Assembly: GCA_951406725.2 (NCBI GenBank)
Contig: OX597815.1
Location: forward strand, 105,586,001 to 105,650,000
DNA from: Octopus vulgaris
Taxonomy: Eukaryota
Reading direction: 5' to 3'
Length of the DNA stretch: 64,000 bases
Below, one piece after another: positions 51,922 through 64,000 of the stretch. Position numbers and translations under genes: made by a program. The notes below the pieces were generated by a model, which worked only from the letters and a program-made list of their open reading frames with translations, made no database searches and was not told the origin of the DNA. Each line of letters opens with the position of its first letter. The stretch's first letter is position 1.

Positions 51922-52822
51922 CAGAATGTTCGAGCTAAATTTGACGGGATTTTTGTCTCTTTTTCAAGAATAGCTTCATGTAATGGCAAAAAGTCAACAG
52001 CGTTAGAGAGCGTAAAGATTAAAGCTGTAGTTTTTAAAAAGTTAGCTGTCATGGAGGACAGGAAATCACCTGAATATTAGAAAAGAGTTACTTATATCAT
52101 GATGATTCGCGCCGGGTACCAAAATGCCGACATCACCATTGCTGCTCAATGCCCTATGAACACTATAAAGGCTGTAAGACGTGACATGAACAACTGCAAC
52201 GAAGACTACGAAGCTGTGGCCAACAGGAAGGGATACAGCAGGGGTTCTAACTGCGTCCATATGCCGGAAGTCATCCTCACATCTTTAAACAGGGCCTTAG
52301 GCAAAATTCAGACGGCTGTGTAAAGCTGCTGGAGACTGTGGTCAAACTCTGGCTGAAAAGTGTTGCTGCTGGAAGACCATATGTGAGGCAGAGGAATTCG
52401 ACTCTTTGCCATACCTCCGGAAAGAAGCAGAAGTGGTTGTCAGAGAATTTCAACGATTTCACCAGCATCAATTTCTGGCCTCATAATTCTCCCATTTGTA
52501 TTCCCATGGATTACTATGTTGGGATACTGTTGAGACAGATACACTGCTCTATTTGCAACACTAAGGCCGAGATAGTGACAAAGATTAAGAAGGTATTCGA
52601 AGATCTTCCCAGAAACGCAGTGAGGAATGCATGCGCCAGGTTTCGGAACCGTCTTGAGGTCGTGGTGGAAGCTGAGGGCGGCTACTTTGAGTAAATCGTT
52701 ATCTCCAAGCCATAATCTAGTTGATATTTTTTGATTTTTTTTTAAATACTTCTATTTTTGGATGGAGCATTGGGTTTTCTTTTCCTTTTATGCAAATTGT
52801 CAAATTTAATTCGAACACTCCG
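51922..52822 (+). mobile_element. Internally deleted DD37D (maT-like) Tc1/mariner element
   Basis: TA-flanked imperfect 24-bp TIRs cagaatgttcgagctaaatttgac / gtcaaatttaattcgaacactccg; ORF 52338-52694 has GRPYV.Q.N(D)STLCH..WPHNSPICIPMDYYV with 37-aa spacing and ends VVEAEGGYFE. Confidence 0.85.
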
Positions 52823-54384
52823 TAGACTTAAGAGATGTATTTATTGCCCACGAACAAACATTAGAGCGAATATATGTTTGAAAGCCACATTTAATATAGA
52901 TACAGAAACGACGTGATGTTATAACATAATTTAACGGATTTATTGGTGACAATGGACATTACAGACACGGAGGAAATTCATCGGCGATTGAACATAGAGC
53001 ATTACAAGAATTACAAAATTTAGATTTTTATCTCAATTTGCAAAGTCACCTGTTACAGCTAGGCTTATTGAAGCAAGATTAAAAGACACTGCACAAAGAA
53101 AACCAGTCGTAGAGTCTTTATTCTCCTTTATCTTCACTCTGTTTCTGTCTATTTCTCTGTTTCTCTCTCTTCTCTCTAAGCATAATGCAACAATCCTCCA
53201 TTTCCCTCTACTCTTTGTCTCTCTCTCTCTCTCTTTCTCTGTCCTCCTCTCTCTCTCTATCTCTCTTTCTCTCTCTTTGGCGTTCTCTCACTTTCTCTTG
53301 CTTTTTTGCTCTCCCTCTCACCTCTCTTTCTCTCTCTCTATCTCTCACTTCCTCTCCAGACATAATATAGATTCCCACCACCGTACAAATGTCTAACAGC
53401 CCTTCTTTCGTGCCATGGTGTTTTTACTTCTACATAAAGGAAGTGCTCGGCAAACTCAGTAATTGCTTCTTCTAATTACGTAACGAACATGTCTATTGCT
53501 ACTGAAAAAATCAACTTTCTCTTGTGCATTATTTTTGCTTGCAGTCTTTAATTCCATATCAACAAATTACTTTCTATTTAAAATTCATAATCCTAACGAC
53601 CTGGCTACCCAATCATCTGCACTTGCAACTCACTCCCTCTGTTTAGTTCCAGCTACTTTTAAACAATTCATTTCCTCTTTGGTTGTCGCCCACACATACT
53701 ACAATCACGACCAGCCACAACCTTCGCTTGCAGCTTGTCTGTCACACAGACCCTCTAAACTATTCATCGCCAATCCTTATGATAAAAGACTCTTATCTCT
53801 TATGTTCTTTATTGACAGTTGCACCAGACTTAAACTCGGTGGCCTCATGCTTCTCGACTACTGTGATTGCTTTCTGATAATCTAATTCATTGTAATCTGT
53901 GCAGGCACAATATAGGGAAGATTTGTTGAATCCCCACAATAACTTCCCTTGCATTCTAAAGCCTTTAGTTTTCCAGCTCCTCAAACTTTTGGCCTTACTC
54001 TAAAACCCCACCTAATCGGCGAATAAAGGTTCATTTCCCAAGTAGAAACTGTAATCACAAGTTGTTTGAATATGACTCGCGTCCAATTTTCTTAAATCAC
54101 AGCTCACTTTACTATCGGTTCGCTATGCTTTTTCTCACCCCTTTGTTTTCTTATAATTGCTTGTATGAACGTTGTTTATTAACTCACCATACATTGATAG
54201 CCTTTTCTTCTAACTATTACACCAACCACACACCCTCCCCCCTCTCTCTCTCTGTTCAACTCTTACGCATACCACTCTTCACTATTTCCATCTTTTTTCA
54301 TCACAATTACCTTCTCATTCTATTTGTGCCCTAGTTTTTTTAATCTATTAAGTTTTTTTTCTCACTTCCACCAACCATTACTTG

Positions 54385-54425
54385 AACACTCAGTCGAAGG
54401 ACTTGTGTCCAAAATGTCGAGCGTT
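54385..54425 (+). ncRNA. Decayed hammerhead-like motif
   Basis: aacact-cagtcga-a-ggac-ttgt-gtcc-aaaa-tgtc-gagcgtt; stem II intact, core mutated. Confidence 0.35.
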
Positions 54426-54504
54426 TTCACATACAGACTCTCTTAAATTTTACTGCCAATATTGCAGACGCAAACCCTCAGCAGTTTCATTAGATTTCAT
54501 CAGT

Positions 54505-55125
54505 TACCATACAATTTCTTCTCCAACATGCCGTCTTCGTTTATACATGTCATCTTCGGTCACACAGCTATTACATAACTTTCTTTCACACAATTAACAT
54601 ACCATCTTATTTGATACAGCTATTTTACAATTTTCACAAAAGGCTTCATATTACCCTCTCTTCAAAGAACTATCATACAATGTCTCTTTACACAACCGTC
54701 ATACCATTTCTCTTCATTCAGCCGTTATATATCTTTCCTTCATACAACCACTGTACCATCTCTTCAAAACTATTATTCAACTTTCTTTCAAGCAACCACA
54801 TCGTTTTTATTCAACGAGCCAACTTTTTACCATACAATTACAATAGCATATCGCTTCATGCAGTAAAAGTCTAGCATTCTTTCACACAAATACTATACCA
54901 TCTCGTTTTTCCCTTCACAGGACCGCCATACTGTCTCTACCCAAATAGCCATTATATTACTTTGCAATACACAACCACCACACGACACTTTAACTAATTA
55001 TTTATACAACTTTCCTTTACGCAACCACCATACCATCTTTTCACAAACGGTTTTACTACACTCCACGAATCATCATACCATCACTCTTTAGACAGCCATT
55101 ATACAAACTCTCTTTCCTACAACTA
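54505..55125. repeat. Highly degenerate ~26-bp minisatellite
   Basis: Recurring cacaaccaccataccatctctctt-like units. Confidence 0.6.
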
Positions 55126-55482
55126 AAAATTGTTTTTACTTCCGATTTCTTCCATGTAAGAATGTGACTTATTAAACTAACATCTCTTCGATTCTGAAGC
55201 AACGCTTCTTCAGGTCATAGTTCTTGCTCTTTCTTCATTTATCTCGAAAAAGTATTTTGATATTCTACTTTTCCTCCTGCTCCTCATTATCCCCTCCCTC
55301 CCCACAAACCCTTACTTCCCTCCCTATCTCACCCTTTCCGTTTCTTAATTTACTTACTCTATCACTTCTTTAGTTTCTCTTCAAAATTCTATATCACATG
55401 ATACACGGCTTCTGATCACATGACGTACAGTTCTCAGCTCAGATAAGAATTGATTTGACTTTTACCAAATATGGTTGAGAAC

Positions 55483-55513
<31 letters not shown>

Positions 55514-55584
55514 GTCAGTGTTAGCTATTCCCTATAACACTAAAATATATACTCAATACCTTTTCTCTTTCTGTACACACGAAC

Positions 55585-55749
55585 GAACGCACACACACAC
55601 AAAAACACACAGTTATACTTATACATATATATACATAAATACATATATACATGTAAATATAAATATACATATATATATATATATGCGTGTATACATATAT
55701 ATATGTATATATGTATATACATGTATATATATGTTTATATATATATGTA

Positions 55750-55821
<72 letters not shown>

Positions 55822-56106
55822 TGTATGTATGTATGTATGTATGTATATTGATGTGCACTGACACAGGCGAAAGCACACACGCACACAGTAAGATACACAA
55901 ACACACAAACGTGTTTGTGTGTGTTTTATTAGTTTGATCAGAAGGAAGTTTCCAAGTGCATTGCCTTCACATACCCTCATCTGTATGTGTGTGCGTGTGC
56001 GTGTGTGTGTGTCTTTGTATATGAATATTTATAAATAGGTAGCTAAACTCTCACACACGCATATATGCATTATATGTATGTGCATACATATATATATACA
56101 CACACA

Positions 56107-56143
<37 letters not shown>

Positions 56144-56500
56144 TCGCACACGCACACATACGCACACACATATATATATACAACTGCGTACATAAATCTA
56201 TATACAAAGGCACTCATACGTACATACACAATTACATATAAACATACTTGCATGATTATGAATGTAGTTACATACTAAAATCACGCATAAATACATGCAT
56301 ACACATATATAATAATCACAGAAGCAAATATACATGTTTTTATACATATATACTCACATGCATAGACATACAGACATTCGTATATATAAATACAAACATA
56401 AAACTACACTGACTCGCACATAAACACATGCAGTTATATATGCATATAACATATATATATTCATACATACAAAAATACGTACACACATATACAAATGTGT
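55585..56500. repeat. (TA)n/(TATG)n/(CA)n microsatellite field
   Basis: Visible directly. Confidence 0.9.
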
Positions 56501-56524
56501 GTGTGTGTACTTTTATTTGAAATG

Positions 56525-57310
56525 CTAGACTGGTCACTCGAAGATATCCGCAATTTGGACATCAATATTAGGAAAGTATTAACCACCACTGTTTTCTGTA
56601 TCTATAGTGACACTAATAGGATCCAATATTAGATAGGACGAAGGAGAGAGAGTCATAAGGTCAGTCCATACGGCGCTTGAGTACCGCATAGTATCTCTAT
56701 TGAAGAATAAAGGAAGAAATTAGTATATCACATGCATACAGAACAATGAAGATAATATTCTGAGATGGGTGAGGTTTTCTTGAATAGATATTCTGAGTGT
56801 ACAACTGGATTCACCTAATTGAACAATAACGTGAAGAAGAAACACTGTCACATCAAGAGAAAGTTTTACATGAGTTCAAATCCAGCGAACTTGAAGATAT
56901 TAACTACAATGAAGATAAGAGTTATTTCTACAGGGCTTTTATCCCACTTTAAATTATACATTTTCGCTATTCAGAAAACTGTTTCTAAAAACCTTTTCAC
57001 TAAAAGATTTCAAGGAATGCTTCCAACCTTCCACTTCGTAACAAGAAATGTCGATTATGCCCAAACTAAATTAGTCTGAAATAGATATTGCTGGATTTGT
57101 AAGCTTGCAAAACTTTCTCTTAATATGATGGTTGTTTCTTCCTGAAGCTTTTGCTCAATCGGTCAACCCATGTGTCCTCGAGTGATATGGAACAGTTGTA
57201 CGCAAATCAGCAGCTCAAAAATATCTGCAAAATACTACTTTCTGTGAGACATGACATTCTTGCTAAAACTCTGAACAATACTATCCGTATAAAGGATTGT
57301 CCTCATGGAC
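56525..57310 (+). mobile_element. Rearranged R4-type LINE relic
   Basis: LEDIRNLDINIRKVLTT near 56536 and RHDILAKTL near 57248. Confidence 0.45.
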
Positions 57311-57973
57311 ATCGACTAGTTGAAAGTTGACGATTTTGGTTCCTCCACACAGTTCACTGGAAATGCAGTCATCACATGCATAGGATGAAAAAATAAACAT
57401 AAAACATTTCCCCGATAGTTTAAATCTCATTGAATGCCCTTAAAGTGGTAGAGCCGCTGCCCAGCATATAGTGCATTGTCGTGAGCAAACAGTTCGTGGA
57501 ACCATTGTAAGAACTTGTTACCAGCAAGAACCAGCGTGCTGTCCTGAAAAGGAATTGGCAAGCTATCAACCAAAGATATGTGTCTTATATTTCCTAATCA
57601 CAAATGTGTATACATTACAAACACACGCATAAAACATAATCAAACACGCCCGAGTACATAAGTGCCAATACATCTACATATGCACCCATACGCATGCAGA
57701 TATTACCTTGCACTCACGTATTCACAAATACAAAATACCTGAAATTGGCTCGACACAAGTAAAAAATTTTGTCATTTGATTTATCTTCACAGGCTTATAT
57801 ATATACATGGATGCACTCACATTCATACACATTCACACACTAGCACATACATACATACATATATATATATACATACATACATACATACATACATACATAC
57901 ATACATACATACATACATACATACATACGTACATATACTCATATACATACATACACACATACATACATGTATG

Positions 57974-58008
<35 letters not shown>

Positions 58009-58019
58009 TTAGATATATA

Positions 58020-58851
58020 ACTGATCTCTCCCTTCGCATTCGCCCCGCCGTCACCCGTCTCCCATGTTCCCTCACCTACCACCCCACCATTCTACCTCTC
58101 CAGCGCACCATGCTCTGAGTCTTCTCTTCGCATCTTCGCTCCTTTGCGCCACATGGGGTCAACTCTCCTCCCCACTTCATCTAACCCTACTCCTCTCTCC
58201 TCTCTTCCTCTCACAGCTACTTCCTCCCACCCACCTCTTCTCTCTTACTCTGACACCTACTTCCTCTCTTCACTTCTACCCACCTTCTTCCTTCCCTCTT
58301 TCGCTTCATCGTCACCCCTCCCTCGTTACTCCACCCCTACACATTCCAATTCCACCACCCCTATATATCCCATCCCACCCACATCCCATCCCATACATTT
58401 CACTCCCACCCTTGCTACCCCCACTCTCGCCTCCCCCACACCCCAACGCCACCACCACACCACACACTACATACCACACCATATCACACCACCCCGTACA
58501 CACTAACATTGACCACTTCCCAGCACCCACACCATCATCCACATACCTACACATGCACACACGCACACGTCAAGTCACTAGCCCCCATCCACACGCACAT
58601 ACATGCTCTCACATACACACGCACGCGCACCTTCGTTTTGGGATCACCACTACTTTATTATCTCCCCTTCTTCCTAGCTCTCCTGACTGACCTCTCTGTC
58701 CGGCACTCACCCTAATAAATCGCTAGCCGCTAAACCTGTTTTATTTTCTCTCTCTGTTTATTTCTGTGTTCCTTTCTGTTGAAGAGTGTTAAACTAATAC
58801 ATCCGTTTGCTGTTTACACACCCGTCTTCGTCTTTTGCTTTTTGTAAATTC

Positions 58852-58856
<5 letters not shown>
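58020..58856 (+). mobile_element. PLE-type terminal repeat with HHR partly deleted, abutting (TA)n
   Basis: Similar to 41535-42150; ctttctgttgaagag is joined directly to the tail, so the stem II-GAAA segment is lost. Confidence 0.6.
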
Positions 58857-58916
<60 letters not shown>

Positions 58917-58919
<3 letters not shown>

Positions 58920-59311
58920 GTAGTGGGTAGCGATTAGCGATTTTCGTCACTACTTCAGGGAGTGACGACCCTGCCTGGCACGAATCCCGGGCTCAGCTGG
59001 CTCCGGCTGACAGTACCTGGTATGGGCCCCTATACAGGGTTACGGGAAGGAGACAACCTTCAAAGAAATCTGTAGGCGATTTAGTGTTCGTCTCGACACA
59101 TTTCCGGCAGCTCCGGCAACCAGACTGGTGCTAAACGTAATGCTCCGCACTCCTTTGGACTACGTTAGCAAGGTCGAGAGAGGAATCCTGACGATTGGGC
59201 TACCCAGGGTTTTCTTACATCTAGCCCAGGCCTGCACAAAACTGGAAAGGACATGAAATGTAAAAACCAGACTGGATTAGTTTATGCCCAACTCCTGAGA
59301 CAAAAGGATGC

Positions 59312-59317
<6 letters not shown>
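58917..59317 (+). mobile_element. Short non-autonomous RTE derivative (RTE-tailed SINE-like element) in (TA)n
   Basis: 3' 70 bp aggacatgaaatgtaaaa...gagacaaaaggatgccaacaa matches the RTE 3' end at 42462-42542; (TA)n on both sides. Confidence 0.8.
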
Positions 59318-59342
<25 letters not shown>

Positions 59343-60055
59343 TCACACACACATAGAAAATCTCGGGGAGAATTCATAAATACTTGCAAAATAAAATCAG
59401 ATAATGTAAAACAGATAATATCGATATTATTTGAAAGCTGATTTCTTAGCTAATCTTTCAAATTACATTTCTGTCGTAATTCCTGCTTATATGCTGCCAA
59501 AATATCATTTAACTTGTCGGAGAATCTCCAGCCAAAATATTCTTATATCGTCCCTATCGAATAAGAAAGAGGACTGCAAGAAAGATTGGCAAAGCAGACC
59601 ATAGGCAACATGAGTCTGCTATTAGATACCAATTAGAAATACAGAACAATTGATATTCCCCTAACGTCTTCATGTCTGCAACTACAGGCTTTGCAAATAG
59701 AAGTATCTTTCTTACCCAATTTTCTGGTTATACAATGTGAACAGATTTTTCTGTTAATTTTCTTTTCCCATGTTAGCATCTATCTTGGCGTCTTCATGGA
59801 TAGATGAATCGGTTTATGGGTATTCCTGAAGAATTAAGAAGTATGTATGCAACTACGTGAAGGTGAGAGCAAGATGCATGAATATGTATCCATATAAATG
59901 TGATTTGTTCGTCATGAGCCAACCCATAGGGTTAGTTGGCTACTGCAAGAATGTGTATACAGAAGGAAAGAGAGAGAGAGAAGGGGTGCGTGTGTATGTA
60001 CTAATTAAAGTTAGAACAACAAACAGACAATTATACACACTTAATATACAAACAT

Positions 60056-60478
60056 GCACGGGCGTGGCTGTGTAGTTAAAAGCTTGCTTTCCAACTACAT
60101 GGTTCCAGATTCAGTCCCTCTGCGTGGCACCTTGGGCAGGTGTCTTCCATTATAGCCTCGGGTCGACCAAAGCCTTCCGAGTGGATTTGGTAAATGGAAA
60201 CTGAAAGACCGTCGTGTGTGTGTGTGTGCGCGCGCGTTTGTTTATGTGTATTTATGTGTGTCTTTGTGTCTGTTTATCCCCCACCATCGCTTAACAACCG
60301 ATGCTTGGTGTGTTTATGTTCCCGTAACTTAGCGGTTCGGCAAAAGAGGCCGATAGAATAAGTACTAGGCTTATAAAGAATAAGTCCCGAGATCGATTTC
60401 TTCGAATAAAACTCCTTAAAATGTTGTTCCAGCATGACCGCAATCAAATAGCTGAAAAGTACAAAAGAATAAAAGAAT
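60056..60478 (+). mobile_element. SINE family A, full copy
   Basis: Head ggcgtggctgtgtagttaa, ggcaccttgggcagg, (TG)n, tail aaaagaataaaagaat. Confidence 0.9.
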
Positions 60479-60591
60479 ACTACACACATTCATCTGTCTA
60501 TCAATCCATACATACACAATATATACGGACATACATACATACATACATACATACATACATACATACATACATACATACATACATACATACA

Positions 60592-61000
60592 TTGTGAAGA
60601 CCTCGATAAAATGTAAGCACCTAATATAATGATTTCGGATAGGGAAGAGAAACTGTGCACAGTTGTGGAAATCAGCTGCCCAGCGGATGTTAACATAAAG
60701 CTGAAGATCAGTGAAAAAGAGAACACCTATACTGAACTATTGGGAAATCTGCAGCTACTCTCTCCAGATTACAAGTTCATGCTTATACCTGTAATTATTG
60801 GGGCCCTGGGATATGTAACACAGTGCCTAAATACCAATCTTGAGAAATTAGACTTCTCAAAAGCAGAAAGGAGAAAGCTAATTCGAAGACTACAAATCCA
60901 ATCCATTACTGGAACTGTAAAGATCTGTAAAACTTTCCAGAAGTTTATCATTTAAATATATGAGTACATCTAAATATGCAACTATATGCATGAGAATACA
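60592..61000 (+). mobile_element. 5'-truncated R4-type LINE 3' end (REL endonuclease) starting at (CATA)n
   Basis: APNIMISDREEKLCTVVEISCPAD...EKENTY...IPVIIGALG...GTVKICKTF (ORF 60629-60955). Confidence 0.8.
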
Positions 61001-61749
61001 TATATAAAACATACAAATCTGCGCATAGTTATATTTCTTAGTCTTAGTCGCTAACTCGCGTTCCCATAACGTCTGGATCACCGTCAACCTTTTTGATCAT
61101 ATACTCTGGCCGCCGCTTTTGAGTGAGATATATACCTTAGGCTGTCTACCATATGTTCTGAAATTTTAGACTGATTTCTAACATAGGAATGCAGCCACAA
61201 TTCCTTGGCGTGATTAGGCATAGTCGTTTATATCCTCTACAGTATTTAATTGGTAATTATTTTTACCGATCCAACAATGAGAATTTAAGTCCAACTCCGG
61301 CGGCATTTCATCCTTACTAATTGTTAATATTCAGCCTATTGTTACATTTTTATTTTGCTTTGTTTCGTATGTTTCTCTGTTGTAATTAAATTTATTCCAA
61401 GTTTATGACATCAAATTAATTTTGTTTAAATAACACAAAATGTTTGTGATTGTTTTTTTGTCGTTATTTTCTATGCTTCAATTAAGATTTCTGTGTATGT
61501 TGGAATTAAGTTTCATTTCTGTACAACTGTTTGTCCATTTTCAATTAATATTGTACATGGTGACATTCATGTCATCTGATTTAGATTTTACAATATGTGA
61601 TGAACTGTGTGTTTCTTTAACATTATCTACAACGATATACACGTTTGTGCGCGTGCATTCGTACATGCACATATATAAATATGTACACTCAGACATACTA
61701 ACATAATTACACAAGCATACACACCTATACAAGAATCCTTCCTTTTATA

Positions 61750-62018
<269 letters not shown>

Positions 62019-62078
62019 TGGGAAAAAGTGTGCCGGTATATGTATATATCCATGTATGATTTTTTATATATGTATATA

Positions 62079-62364
62079 CTAGCTGGTGTACCCGGTAATT
62101 CCCGGGGGTAAATATGTTCTATTGAAACGCCTTATTACTCTGATATAAGAAAGCAATTTCGTTATAACTGTCACAAAAGGTGTATTTTCCGTCACGAAAA
62201 AGTACAAAAAACTGTCAGCTGGAGGAGGGAGAGATTGTTAGAGGTTGGCGAAAGAGGTTTCCGGAGGTTGGCAAGAAAGATTGTCGGAGGTTAGGGAGAG
62301 GGGTTGTCGGAGGTTGGCGAGAGGCAAAGACATTATTCTGCTTAGCGAAGGTGTCTGGGAAATG
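62079..62364 (-). mobile_element. Helitron-like 3' end with an internal ~22-bp minisatellite, interrupted by mariner
   Basis: CTAG at 62079-82, hairpin cccgg-taattc-ccggg; repeats of ttgtcggaggttggc at 62232-62325. Confidence 0.55.
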
Positions 62365-62366
62365 TA

Positions 62367-63578
62367 CGAGGGGCGTTCAAAAAGTAATGCCTCTGACCCA
62401 CTTGCATTTGTTTGATCTAGCTGAAATTTTGCATGTGCAATTATTTATATCTCTATAGATTAAGTGGTAAATTACAGCTCTGAACTAATTGTGGTTTCTG
62501 ATTTACAGGTGTTTGAACTGAGTCAAATGTGACACGGAGCCTGTTGAGTGTCGAGCAGTGATGCGGTTTTTGTATTTGAAAGGACGCATACCACGGGAGA
62601 CTTTTGGTGAAATAAAAGTAACTTATGGTGATGATGCCCATCATATGACCTTGTAAAATGCTGACATCGTGAATTCAAACATGGTTGGAACTTTGTGGAA
62701 ACAGCTCCCAGATCTGGTCGCCCCCTTCTGCCATTGATGAGGCATCTGTCCGTCAAGTTGAGGCTGCCATTTTGGAAGATCGACGCATAACTATTCGCCA
62801 AATAGCCCATGAGGTCAAGATTAGTACCGGGTCGGTGGAAACTATCATTCATGACCATTTGCATATGCAAAAGGTGTTTGCCAGATGGATTCCCAGGTTG
62901 CTCACACCTTTCCAGAAGCAAGAACGCGTCGATTGCGCGAGGATGAATTTGAAGATGTGCCAAGATGTGCCAAAAGACTGATTAGACAGGATGAAACCTG
63001 GGTCCATCACTATGATCCAGAGACCAAAGCCCAGTCAATGCAGTGGAAGCACCGTGACTCACCTCCTCCAAACAAGGCAAGGGTGCAACCCTCCGCTGGC
63101 AAGGTCATGCTCACAGTCTTCTGGGACCAGGACGGAGTAGTGATGACAGATTTCCTGGCAAAGGGTGCCACAATTACAGGAGTCTATTATGCTTCACTTT
63201 TGAGGAAATTAAGAGAAGCTTTCAAAATCAAGAGGCGGGGCAAGATCAGCAAAGGCATCCTCCTCCTGCAGGACAACGCTCCGATCCACAACTCGCGTGT
63301 CGCCAGATCAGAAGCACAGGCGTGCGGCTATGAACTCATCCCCCACTCTCCTGACATGCACCCTCTGATTTTCACCTCTTCCCAGCCATGAAGTTGTTTT
63401 TGAAAGGAAAGCGTTTCCCAGATGATGCAGCCTTGATTTCTGAAGTCAAGTCGTAGATGGGAGAAATGCGTAACTCTGGGTCGTTCCTATGTAGAAAAAG
63501 ACTAATAACTGTGCCAAGTTTCGTTGCTCTACTGCTATGGGAAGTGGGTCAGAGGCATTACTTATTGAACGCCCCTCG
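62367..63578 (+). mobile_element. Mariner (DD34D), second copy with internal deletions
   Basis: Same 37-bp TIRs and TA TSD (62365-6, 63579-80); highly similar to 6708-7996. Confidence 0.97.
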
Positions 63579-63874
63579 TATAACTGCTGTCATTCACAGA
63601 AAAAAACTATTGTTTTACCGTGAGAAAAGCGCTGCTGAAGTGTTAAGGGAAATTTGGCAATCGAGGATCGAATCCACAGTATGCCTGCATGATGCCACTA
63701 CAAATACGTTGTGGAATACAAAATTTATCTACTATCATGGAAAAAGTGTAATTGTAAAACTGCAGGGTTATCGGAGTAATGGGCATTCAAACATTTATGT
63801 ATGAATGTAGAAATGTATGAAAAAGTCTTTAAGGTTTAAGATTCAAATTAAGGAAGTGCAATAATATTGTTTAG

Positions 63875-64000
63875 CATGAGTGGCTGTGTGGTAAGTAGCT
63901 TGCTTACCAACCACATGGTTTCGTGCTCAGTCCCACTGCGTGGCACCATGGGCAAGTGTCTTCTACTATAGCCTTGGGCCAACCAAAGCCTTGTGAGTGG
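63875..64000 (+). mobile_element. SINE family A 5' part (cut by window end)
   Basis: gagtggctgtgtggtaagtagcttgcttaccaaccacatgg..cccactgcgtggcacc. Confidence 0.9.

Noticed and set aside
58917-59000. HDV-like ribozyme at the 5' end of the RTE derivative
   Set aside because: Could not build the nested double pseudoknot by eye; left as a test only

Overview
Eukaryotic, AT-rich, microsatellite-dense DNA. The repeat repertoire (tRNA-head SINEs, RTE and R4/Dong LINEs, mariners, Penelope-like ends) resembles a cephalopod (Octopus-like) genome; that assignment is an inference. I found no convincing host gene or exon, and most ORFs in the track are microsatellite or antisense artefacts. The window is a nested transposon graveyard. 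It holds two near-full DD34D mariners (6708-7996, 62367-63578), a DD37D element, R4/Dong-type LINE fragments next to (TAA)n and (CATA)n arrays, and a 2.7-kb RTE LINE with a ~75-bp target duplication plus a short non-autonomous RTE derivative. It also holds Helitron-like ends, MITEs and many SINEs. The most notable signal is RNA-structural: at least 8 type-I hammerhead ribozyme (HHR) motifs in Penelope-like terminal repeats. These include an ~820-bp near-perfect palindrome (35444-36265) with a canonical-core HHR and an unusually long stem II in each arm, and several HHRs with variant cores (CCGACGA, CUGUCGA). An 850-bp RT-less insert with a 20-bp TSD and a hairpin array sits inside a SINE tRNA head (1381-2230).
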